A DNA stretch of 25,357 nucleotides from Promethearchaeota archaeon. Its GTDB lineage: Archaea > Asgardarchaeota > Lokiarchaeia > Sigyniarchaeales > SOKP01. Both the position numbers and the translations under genes were made by a program. Below, piece after piece: positions 9,531-17,808 of this stretch. Each line of letters begins with the position of its first letter. Position 1 is the first letter of the stretch. The DNA lies in the NCBI GenBank assembly GCA_019058015.1, contig JAHLWH010000173.1, forward strand, positions 1 to 25,357, written 5' to 3'. Below the pieces are notes generated by a model. It did no database searches, was not told the DNA's origin, and saw only the letters and a list, made by a program, of their open reading frames with translations.

Positions 9531-10688
9531 TTAATCCTCAGGTAGGAGATATAAGGAAGGTCCGTCCTTAGCCACTTGTCGCTTACTTCTGAATAATCTA
9601 GGTATGCCAGGATCAAAATCGCTTTCCATGAAGATTGGAATGTATTTATTCATCGTTCGTTCTGTGAGTTCCCAGTTTATTTGGTCTGTTATACCCACAA
9701 AATTAGTATACCTCGCATATCCATAGCAATAAGCATATGCTCCCGCGATTAAACGCTGTTTCCTATCCCATTTTGAGAATTTAAGAAATAATTCTTTATT
9801 AGCTTTCACCGCATAATCACTAAATGCATCTAGGACATCAAACTCAATAGGTTTCACCTTGGTTCCATCTCGTGTAAATAAAGCAACACCTGTTATATTT
9901 TCTGAGAAATTGAGAGGAGTAGTAGTCATTGTTGCGAAGTCATCAAATTTTGCATCTACATCTTTTAATCTAAATGCAAAAGCGATATTACTAAAAGGTG
10001 CCTTTGCTTCAGTAGCCGACCATGGAAAGTGTGGTTTCTTACCGTCATATAGATGCATAATTTCTTTGAAGATCATAATTTCATTCTCACTGATTCTATA
10101 AGGTCCGTGGTCACATATTTTTGCTCTTGCTTCACATTCATCAAGAAATGAGACAACTTCAATATTCGCCATTACTTTCTTAATCTCTACAGCCTTTTCA
10201 CTAGTTACATCTATGATTTGATTTATCGACCATTCTATATCAGGTTGATTTAAAACAATATTTATCTTATTTGAATCATAAACAGTCAGTTTTTCATCAA
10301 GGAAATATGAAGAAGCTAAACATTTCCAGAAATCAAGAATAAACATAGTTTGTTCCCTCTTCTCTCTAGTTTCATTTTTTGGATCTCCATTATTTCTCTG
10401 GATTTCTCCCATCCTGCCAACCATATAATATAACGGAATATAGAACAGAGATAATGCATGGAGTTCTGAAAGAATCTTTCTACTCTCTTTCCCCATACGC
10501 TCTGGTGTGGTTTTTTTAGATACTTTTTTTAAAATATCATAAAGCATATCATAGGCATTATAAAAAGAAACACAAACATAAGCAGTTACTGGAAACAGTT
10601 GTGATTCCAAAAGACCTCTTTTCTTAACTTGGTAATCTATAATTTCAGAAATATGAGAAATGAGTTCATTTACTTCTTTGATATTCAT
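9531..10688 (-). CDS. Conserved-looking hypothetical protein (385 aa)
   Basis: Long ORF with enzyme-like motifs (ESQLFPVTAY, LDFW, FLDECEARAKICDHGPY). Ends 5 bp before the start of the next gene. Confidence 0.8.
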   Translation of the reverse strand: MNIKEVNELISHISEIIDYQVKKRGLLESQLFPVTAYVCVSFYNAYDMLYDILKKVSKKTTPERMGKESRKILSELHALSLFYIPLYYMVGRMGEIQRNNGDPKNETREKREQTMFILDFWKCLASSYFLDEKLTVYDSNKINIVLNQPDIEWSINQIIDVTSEKAVEIKKVMANIEVVSFLDECEARAKICDHGPYRISENEIMIFKEIMHLYDGKKPHFPWSATEAKAPFSNIAFAFRLKDVDAKFDDFATMTTTPLNFSENITGVALFTRDGTKVKPIEFDVLDAFSDYAVKANKELFLKFSKWDRKQRLIAGAYAYCYGYARYTNFVGITDQINWELTERTMNKYIPIFMESDFDPGIPRLFRSKRQVAKDGPSLYLLPED

Positions 10689-11028
10689 ATTAACACAAAT
10701 CTAAAGTTTTGAAAATATATTATAATTTTAAACTTATTATTATTTAACTATTTATTTAACTAAATCTCGGAATTAAATGATTAAGATTTTCAAAAAAAAA
10801 ACCCAAGTTTTTAATTGTATTTTTTTTTGAATACAAATTCATTATTTCTTAGAAAAAGATTGTAGTATTATATAGAAAATATTATATAGTTAAAAAATAT
10901 TAAATTTCCTTGAACAATTAATTTCCTTTTAAAAAAGATGTAGTTGCAAGGGAATACATTATTAGTAAAAAAAAAATCTAATATTGACTGAATTTTACAT
11001 ATAGATATTCCATATAGGTGTAAATTTA

Positions 11029-11907
11029 ATGGGATCAGAAAAAAGAGAATATATAAAAATATCTAAAGAAAAATATCACATACTTGTTAATAGTATAGTA
11101 GATGTTATTGTAGAATTAGATTCAAATGGAACATTTATTTTTGTAAATTCGCGGTTTTTTGATTTTTTCGGGTATCAACGGGAGGAAATTATTGGAATGA
11201 ATGCATTCAGTTTCGTCCATCCAGAAGATTTACCAAAAATTGCAAAAAAAATGAACGATGCAATATATTCAAGAGAAACAATAGAAGTTGTATATAGATC
11301 ACGCCATAAAGATGGTCATTATATTCCAGTCCAAGCGAGAGGAGGGATGTATAACGATAATGGAAAAATTAAATTTATTGGAGTTATTAGAGACTATAGC
11401 ACACAAAAAGAAGAAGAACAAAAAATAGAAGAATCCCAAGAAAATTATATAGAATTATGTAAAATGTTAGAACAAAAAGTCTCAGAAACAACAATAGATT
11501 TTAAGGAATCAGAACAAAAATTTCATCATTTATTTGAAACTTCTCCATTTGCGATATTTCTACTAAAATTTATAGGTATAATTATAGACTGCAATTCTGT
11601 TGCTGAAAGATTATTTAAAGTTAAAAAAGATGAAATGATTGGCAGAAATTTTCTAGAACTGGCAGCATTTCCTTCAAAAGCATATACTAAGATTGAGAAT
11701 GCTTATAAAAAGTTGTGTAGAGGAGAAAAGTTAAATCCTATTGAGATTCAAATTCATACCAAAGATGATGAATTAATTTGGGTGAATGTTATAAATACTT
11801 TAGTTAAATTACACAATGAAATCCAAATTCAAGTTATAGTTCAAGATATTTCTGAGCGAAAACTAACTGAAAAGGCTCCACAACCTTCAAAGCAAGAAAT
11901 TCCGTAA
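11029..11907 (+). CDS. Tandem PAS-domain sensor protein lacking an output domain
   Basis: PAS1 is FVNSRFFDFFGYQREEIIG..FVHPED..RHKDG..IRD and PAS2 is DCNSVAERLF..MIGRNF..IWV..VQDISERK, joined by a coiled linker (LEQKVSET). An SD-like AGGTG lies upstream. Confidence 0.85.
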   Translation: MGSEKREYIKISKEKYHILVNSIVDVIVELDSNGTFIFVNSRFFDFFGYQREEIIGMNAFSFVHPEDLPKIAKKMNDAIYSRETIEVVYRSRHKDGHYIPVQARGGMYNDNGKIKFIGVIRDYSTQKEEEQKIEESQENYIELCKMLEQKVSETTIDFKESEQKFHHLFETSPFAIFLLKFIGIIIDCNSVAERLFKVKKDEMIGRNFLELAAFPSKAYTKIENAYKKLCRGEKLNPIEIQIHTKDDELIWVNVINTLVKLHNEIQIQVIVQDISERKLTEKAPQPSKQEIP

Positions 11908-12039
11908 TATTATAAAGTTTTATGCATAAAAAACTTTATTTTGGAAAACACACAATTAGATATTCCCAGATTACTAAAAATGTAATCCTAATTATATTGA
12001 GTTTCGAGGCCGTTTATATTTATACGGCTGTAGTAGTTC

Positions 12040-12050
12040 AAAAAAAAAAA
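12040..12050 (-). terminator. Oligo-T (T11) archaeal-type terminator after the hgcB-like gene
   Basis: A11 on the plus strand immediately beyond the stop codon at 12051. Confidence 0.5.
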
Positions 12051-12386
12051 TTAACAACTGCAGCTATCATCATAATTAGCAATTTCAATTTTATCTTTAC
12101 TCTTCCGTTTCTGGATTACATTCCATAAACAACCACAACCTTCTATTTCTTCCATAATAATCGCTTGTTCTGGACAATTCCGCATACAAGCGCTACATTC
12201 TGTGCAAAGGTTTGGTCTTGAAATTTCATATTTATTATTATGACCTTGATGCGGAAGACCAAAGGGACATACTTCTGCACAAATACCGCAGGATGTGCAA
12301 AGTTCTGGAACAATAAAAATTTTAGTAATAACTTGAGGCTCACTGCTACATGTTTGATTTTGGTTAATATCACTCATAATTCTCAT
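12051..12386 (-). CDS. hgcB: HgcB-like 2x[4Fe-4S] ferredoxin
   Basis: CTSCGICAEVCP and CTECSACMRNCP motifs, followed by GCGC (canonical GVGC) and a terminal CSC (canonical CC). Starts 10 bp after the hgcA-like gene. Alternative start at 12377. Confidence 0.72.
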   Translation of the reverse strand: MRIMSDINQNQTCSSEPQVITKIFIVPELCTSCGICAEVCPFGLPHQGHNNKYEISRPNLCTECSACMRNCPEQAIIMEEIEGCGCLWNVIQKRKSKDKIEIANYDDSCSC

Positions 12387-12396
12387 GTTTTTTTTT

Positions 12397-14052
12397 CTAT
12401 ATTAATATTAATCCAATTGTTGATAAAATTATACCTAATATTAAAAAAGTTAAATTTAAAATTCTAAAAATAGGATATTCGTCATAGATTTCCCGAGGGC
12501 TCGTTGCCATCGTAGAACCACTAAATGACATCGTTGAAAAGAATGCTAACCAGAAAATAAAACAAATATTTAACAAGACAAATATAATTGATTGATGTAC
12601 GATCAATAATAGGAATCCTAAACATAAGACATTTATTATTCCAATCACTACACCTTTTATAACAAACTTCCGTGTAAAATTAGTTAGCGGAAATAATATC
12701 GACAATAATCCATTGGTGATAATTACACCAATCGCCAACTCTCCTACAATCCATAACATATCTAACTTGCCAAAAACCAATAAAAGAAGTGCAATTACAG
12801 CTAAAACTATTAAGAATATTTTTCGAAATAGAAAAGTTGTGTGTGAAATACCCGCTCTTAACCGGTGAGAAAACGTGAATTTTGCAAGTTTCATTTTATC
12901 TGGTTTTCTAGCTGGGTGTTCTTTCAAATACTGTGGTAAGTGCTTTGACCAAACAGGACCATATTTAATTTTATATGGAAAACTTGATGATTGTTTATGA
13001 AGAAGGGGAGCTGAGACACCACCAGCAGATAATTGTGGAAGGATTAGTGTTTTTTTATTTGAAAATTTTTGAATATTAGTTGCTTGAACAGCTTCAATAA
13101 GTTGTTCGTTTCCAAAATCTCCTCCCCGTGCAGCACACCAGACATTTATGCCACGTGAGTCTACACATAACACCCAAGCATCAATTCCCTTGAGGTCATT
13201 CATAACTCTAATATATGTATAAATATAATTTGCTGTTACAATTATTGGTGATTCATTAGTCGGATTACCCGATCTATAAATACCTGGTTCGATTGAAACA
13301 TAATCAGTTTGGCCCGTAAATAAACATCGGATTATTTGAAATTTTGCCCGAACTCCTGTGAAAGTTTTTTGTAATGGCTTATAATATCCAGGTTCATTAT
13401 TAGCATTTTCATTAATTTTTTGTAATTCAATTACTCGAATCGCTCCATGATTCCATTCCTCTTGTGCTACAATTTTAAAGCCTATTGGTTCAAGGTAATT
13501 TAAAAACCATCTTAAAATAAAAGTACCTCCAATTTTAAGCCGCCGTAATTTCTTTTTATACCACCATCGTCTAATTTTGAAAAACAATTTCCATATTCCA
13601 GAAGGGACAAATTCTGCCGCAATAATTAACCTTCCATTAGTTTTAAGAGACTTCCATGCATATCGAAGTAATAATTGTTGCTCAAATGAACGGAGTTCTG
13701 AAAGTAAGAATTTGCTTACAATAACATCTTTTGAACAATCTTCAATTTGCCAATCGCTTATGGAGCCAACTTGATATATTAACTCTCTACTCGAAATTGT
13801 AGAATAATTACGCATTGCATAATCTATCATTTTAGAATTTATATCAATAGCTAATACATTATTTCCCTTTAATGCCATCTTAGATGCAAGAGTGCCTGTT
13901 CCACAACCGACCTCTAAAATAGATTCATCAGAATTAATTCGGTCTAAAATCCAGTCTTGAACTTTAAGATTTATTCCTTTAGTAAGAGTTGTAAATTTTG
14001 AGTCATAAGTATCCGGTTCTTCCTCGAGCTTACGCATATAGACAACAGCCAT
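12397..14052 (-). CDS. hgcA: Fusion of a class I SAM-dependent methyltransferase and an HgcA-like corrinoid-binding membrane protein
   Basis: aa ~1-215 form a methyltransferase (ILEVGCGTG, LAIDINSKM, LKTNGRLIIAAEF). aa ~250-400 form a CdhD-like corrinoid domain (IEPGIYRSGNP..SPIIVTANY, DSRGINVWCAARGGDFG, LILPQLSAGGV, YGPV). aa ~410-551 hold five TM helices including MSFSGSTMATS (compare the HgcA MNFTGST segment). Confidence 0.8.
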   Translation of the reverse strand: MAVVYMRKLEEEPDTYDSKFTTLTKGINLKVQDWILDRINSDESILEVGCGTGTLASKMALKGNNVLAIDINSKMIDYAMRNYSTISSRELIYQVGSISDWQIEDCSKDVIVSKFLLSELRSFEQQLLLRYAWKSLKTNGRLIIAAEFVPSGIWKLFFKIRRWWYKKKLRRLKIGGTFILRWFLNYLEPIGFKIVAQEEWNHGAIRVIELQKINENANNEPGYYKPLQKTFTGVRAKFQIIRCLFTGQTDYVSIEPGIYRSGNPTNESPIIVTANYIYTYIRVMNDLKGIDAWVLCVDSRGINVWCAARGGDFGNEQLIEAVQATNIQKFSNKKTLILPQLSAGGVSAPLLHKQSSSFPYKIKYGPVWSKHLPQYLKEHPARKPDKMKLAKFTFSHRLRAGISHTTFLFRKIFLIVLAVIALLLLVFGKLDMLWIVGELAIGVIITNGLLSILFPLTNFTRKFVIKGVVIGIINVLCLGFLLLIVHQSIIFVLLNICFIFWLAFFSTMSFSGSTMATSPREIYDEYPIFRILNLTFLILGIILSTIGLILI

Positions 14053-14154
14053 ATTACAAACACTTATTAAAAGGGTATTTTTTTCTGATTTGATTTATTT
14101 TAAATTAGATTTAAACATTTCATTAACATAAAAATACCTTAAAAACTTCAAACT

Positions 14155-14859
14155 TCATTTTCTATATTTTTTAAGTCTTTTATTGTATTCATTTTCGATA
14201 TCATTGATAAAATTTAAGACTTTCTCATCCTCGATTTTATTGTATTCTAATGTACATTTTATCAATGCACGTAAATGTATAATTCCTGCTATTTCTTTAT
14301 CACAAGTTCGTCCAAATCTTGGCGCTCGACATTCATAACATACATTTATTGCAAAATTTTGTAATATCTCCACAGTAATTGATTTACCTCTAATAAAATT
14401 GGCTCCAGCACGTGAAGAACCACAGGGATAACTTCGAATTACCTCTAATTCGACAATTTTACCCTCCAACACATTAGATTTATAAAGGGGACGCCCAAAA
14501 TTTTTAGCATATTCGTCAATTTCTAAAATATTAGTGTTAGGCTCAATGGAACACATTGTAGGGTATGCAAATGTTCTTGAATTTAACTCTTTTGCTTGTC
14601 GCATAAAACCATCTCCAAAACTAATCCCAAGAATTGTAGGTTTTCCTAGTTCTGCGAGGGCTAAAACTTGATTAGGGTGCCTTAAATAAGAAATGTAAAG
14701 ATCACATTCAGGAATATTTAATTTATAATCATTTAAAATAATATTCGTAGGGATTTCCTCAATTTCGATCCACGTACATGGAAAAATTTTACTTATATTT
14801 TCATAAGCTCGATCTCCATACTTTCCATCTGTTAAAATGCCAATTTTTATCAATTTCAA
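14155..14859 (-). CDS. DUF166-family protein
   Basis: GKYGDRA N-terminus, HP, MCSI, FGRP, VIRSYPCGSS, CYECRA and AGIIH motifs are typical of DUF166. TTG start. Confidence 0.75.
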   Translation of the reverse strand: MKLIKIGILTDGKYGDRAYENISKIFPCTWIEIEEIPTNIILNDYKLNIPECDLYISYLRHPNQVLALAELGKPTILGISFGDGFMRQAKELNSRTFAYPTMCSIEPNTNILEIDEYAKNFGRPLYKSNVLEGKIVELEVIRSYPCGSSRAGANFIRGKSITVEILQNFAINVCYECRAPRFGRTCDKEIAGIIHLRALIKCTLEYNKIEDEKVLNFINDIENEYNKRLKKYRK

Positions 14860-14925
14860 ATTAGCTTCTTGTAAACTTAGAGTCGATTTAGAATTTATTT
14901 TTTTAAAATAAAAAAAAAATATTTT

Positions 14926-15726
14926 TTATAAGGGTTTCACAGCATGAATTTTAATACTTGAAACGGTGTTGTCAAGGTCCTCCTTTAGTTTCTTGTCTAA
15001 CTCTTGATTAAGGTATGAACTAATAGCAAAGAATGATTCTCCAACAATATTTACTTCATGAAATCCAGCTTCTTTTATAGATTCTATATACTGGTTCTTT
15101 AGAACCGCACCAGCAACACAATTAACATACGCGTCATAATTATTTTTAATGAAATCAGGTAATTCTCTTAAAAGCACTATATCTGATACCATCAATCTTC
15201 CCCCTGGCTTTAAAACCCTAAAAGCCTCCCGAAATACTCTCTCTTTTTCGGGTGAAAGATTAATCACACAGTTAGAAATAATTACATCTACTGAATTATC
15301 TGCAGCTGGTAAATTTTCAATTTCACCGAGTCTAAATTCTACATTGTCAAAATTTTCCTTCCTTGCGTTTTCTCTAGCTTTATCAATCATAGACGCTGTC
15401 ATATCTACTCCAATGACTTTTCCACTTTTACCAACCTTATTCGCTGCAAGAAAGCTATCAAAACCAGCCCCTGATCCGAGATCTAAAACATGATCTCCTT
15501 CCTTTAATGAAGCAAGAGCTACCGGATTTCCACAACCAAGACCTAGATTAGCTCCTTCAGGAACACTTTTGAGATCTTCATCCGTATATCCAATTGTCTT
15601 ACTAATATTTTTATAATAAGTATCACTACCACAGCAAGAACTGGTTGGAACACAACAACTACTTGATTGCTCCGCTATTTTTCCATAACTTTCCCTTACA
15701 ATTTTTTTAACATCTTTTTCTTCCAT
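14926..15726 (-). CDS. arsM: Arsenite S-adenosylmethionine methyltransferase
   Basis: N-terminal [52 protein letters not shown] and CVAGA. The conserved ArsM cysteines are present. Confidence 0.93.
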   Translation of the reverse strand: MEEKDVKKIVRESYGKIAEQSSSCCVPTSSCCGSDTYYKNISKTIGYTDEDLKSVPEGANLGLGCGNPVALASLKEGDHVLDLGSGAGFDSFLAANKVGKSGKVIGVDMTASMIDKARENARKENFDNVEFRLGEIENLPAADNSVDVIISNCVINLSPEKERVFREAFRVLKPGGRLMVSDIVLLRELPDFIKNNYDAYVNCVAGAVLKNQYIESIKEAGFHEVNIVGESFFAISSYLNQELDKKLKEDLDNTVSSIKIHAVKPL

Positions 15727-15780
15727 TTTTTTTCCCTTTTTTTATTTAAGTATAAATAATCAATAAAAGTATATAAAGGT

Positions 15781-15803
15781 TCCGAACATTTCGGATCCGA
15801 ACA
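15781..15803. promoter_or_regulatory. Candidate operator upstream of arsM: three TCCGAA half-sites
   Basis: TCCGAAcatTTCGGATCCGAACA contains a perfect 12-bp palindrome TTCGGATCCGAA (15790-15801) and a direct repeat TCCGAACA (15781, 15796). It is flanked by minus-strand TATA-like TTTATA elements near 15772-15777 and 15808-15813. Confidence 0.6.
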
Positions 15804-15847
15804 ATTATATAAAAATTAAATTACTCTATTCAAAATGACCAGGATTA

Positions 15848-16327
15848 TTAACATTTTTCCAATCCATTTAAATCAAACGAATTAGATAATTTATTTAACA
15901 AAGAGGTTAATTGCTCTAAATCTTTAGATGTAAACCCTTCACAACAATTCTTTAAAATGATCTTTATTGGGGGTGTTTTACTTTTTATTTCTTTTCCTTT
16001 TTCAGTAAGTTTAACAAGAAGGCTTCGTCTATCTTCAGGGTTATTTTCTCTATATACTAAATCATTTTTCTCCATAGTATCAATTATTCCTGTTATAGTT
16101 GAGGGGGAACAACAACACGCAGATGCTAAATCTTTAAATTGTTTACCGTCAGATTTCCAAAGTTCCATTAAAATAGAATATTGAGGAGGAGTAAGATTTT
16201 CACTTTTAACAACTCGACGTTGTAATTTTTCATATTTTTTATTTAAAATATTAATCAATTGAAAGATTTCAGAAAAATTTAAAGTTTCACATGTGCCATT
16301 TTCGCAATTGAAATCATGTTCCGACAT
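15848..16327 (-). CDS. Cys-rich MarR family transcriptional regulator
   Basis: LTPPQYSIL, SPSTITGIIDTMEKNDLVYR..NPEDRRSLLVKLTEKG winged-helix signature. Eight Cys, including CCC and CC. Confidence 0.92.
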   Translation of the reverse strand: MSEHDFNCENGTCETLNFSEIFQLINILNKKYEKLQRRVVKSENLTPPQYSILMELWKSDGKQFKDLASACCCSPSTITGIIDTMEKNDLVYRENNPEDRRSLLVKLTEKGKEIKSKTPPIKIILKNCCEGFTSKDLEQLTSLLNKLSNSFDLNGLEKC

Positions 16328-16701
16328 AATATTTTCACCATATAGTTAGGATTGAAATTATTTATATCCTTAATAAATAATTAGCTTTAATCCTTATTAT
16401 TCTTTTCGTTGTATATCAGTTATTTCAAAAGTATAAATAAGATAAATCCAGACTCTAAAGATTTATATGTATGAAACACATTAGAGTATTTATATGGATA
16501 GCTTTTAGATCATGATAATTCGCACGAATAATAATAAAATCTTCTTTCATTGATTAACTTGAAAAAATAAGAGGTATTCTTAAGAAGTATTAACTTTTCA
16601 AAAATCTTGACTGGTAACAAAGAAAAAAAAAATAATTTATTTAGAGGTGCGATCCTTTAATTCTACACTATAAACCAAGTCTTTATTCATATCTAACTTA
16701 A

Positions 16702-17232
16702 TTAGACTTCTTTATTCTCTTTCAATAAGAATTTGAATTTACAAATATCATCTCCACCAGGAAAGCGTTTAATAGGAATTATTTTTCCATTTACACCCAT
16801 AGCTTCCAACCATCCTCTGTGTCTAAAGTTACAGGCACATGAATATTCTAATTCACCTTTAGATTTTTTCACTTCTTCCCAAATGAAGCATTTTTTGACT
16901 ATAGCCACACCTTCATTTTCAGAATGTACAATAAATTTGAATTTCATAATTTTAGGAATAATAACATCCATGAATGTATTCATGATTTTAAAAATTTCAG
17001 GAATTGAATTAATCGTCCCCTTTTTAATTTTTAATGCATTTAAAATATATTTAGCTTCAATTTTACCCATTGAGAAAACTACTTTTTGATTTAAAAGATT
17101 AGCTTCTTGAATTCCAAACTTTCTTTTTGTTTTTAAAAACCATTGACCATCATGTCGAGCCCAGCAAATTTGAAGTAGAAATTTCTGTGTTTGTAGAGGG
17201 ATATTATATTTTTCCTTAAATAATAACTCCAT
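16702..17232 (-). CDS. DUF6125 / V4R-like protein (paralogue 3)
   Basis: WARHDGQWF, KCFIW, CAC..RHRGW and GDDICKF motifs. Confidence 0.75.
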   Translation of the reverse strand: MELLFKEKYNIPLQTQKFLLQICWARHDGQWFLKTKRKFGIQEANLLNQKVVFSMGKIEAKYILNALKIKKGTINSIPEIFKIMNTFMDVIIPKIMKFKFIVHSENEGVAIVKKCFIWEEVKKSKGELEYSCACNFRHRGWLEAMGVNGKIIPIKRFPGGDDICKFKFLLKENKEV

Positions 17233-17260
17233 AATCTCATCATCTCAATTTTAATATTAA

Positions 17261-17779
17261 TTAATTTACATTTGTTCCTTCATTGAAATAAAATCTGAAA
17301 TTTCTAAAACATACACCATTTTTATACATCATACAACCATCTATTTGTGGAGTTATGCTATATTTTATTCCTAATTCCTCGAACCATCCTTCCAATCTAT
17401 CAAATATTCCACATTTATACTGGTTTATAATACCTATACGCTTAACTCCATCATAAGCAAAACATTTATTCATAATAAAATTTAACTCATTATTCGACGG
17501 AAACTCATAAGTAAAATCCATAAACTTAGCTTTAACTACATTAAATATTTTATTAAGAAAATTTTGAAGATCTTTAAACTTCTCAATCTTGCCTATATTA
17601 AACGCTTTTTTCAATCTTTTTAATTCAATTTTAGCCATAGATTTTACCGCTGCTTTGTTTATCTTATTAGCTTTTTGGATCCCGCAATTTTTAACACTAT
17701 GGAAAAACCACATACCATCGTGAGTCATCCAATTTTTTATTAAAATTTCTTTTAATTCTTTCTTATGAAGTGACTTCAT
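17261..17779 (-). CDS. DUF6125 / V4R-like protein (paralogue 2)
   Basis: NWMTHDGMWF, KCFAY, CGIFDRLEGW and GCMM..GVCFR motifs. Confidence 0.78.
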   Translation of the reverse strand: MKSLHKKELKEILIKNWMTHDGMWFFHSVKNCGIQKANKINKAAVKSMAKIELKRLKKAFNIGKIEKFKDLQNFLNKIFNVVKAKFMDFTYEFPSNNELNFIMNKCFAYDGVKRIGIINQYKCGIFDRLEGWFEELGIKYSITPQIDGCMMYKNGVCFRNFRFYFNEGTNVN

Positions 17780-17808
17780 TTTTTCATTTACACTATTCTA
17801 TTTTCAAT

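Noticed and set aside
12397-14052. Alternative calls: CdhD/CdhE subunit of acetyl-CoA synthase, fused HgcAB, or selenocysteine-containing HgcA
   Set aside because: The TM C-terminus, the Cys-containing cap motif and the adjacent ferredoxin fit HgcA-like rather than Cdh. The ferredoxin is a separate gene, and the motif codon is TGT, not TGA.
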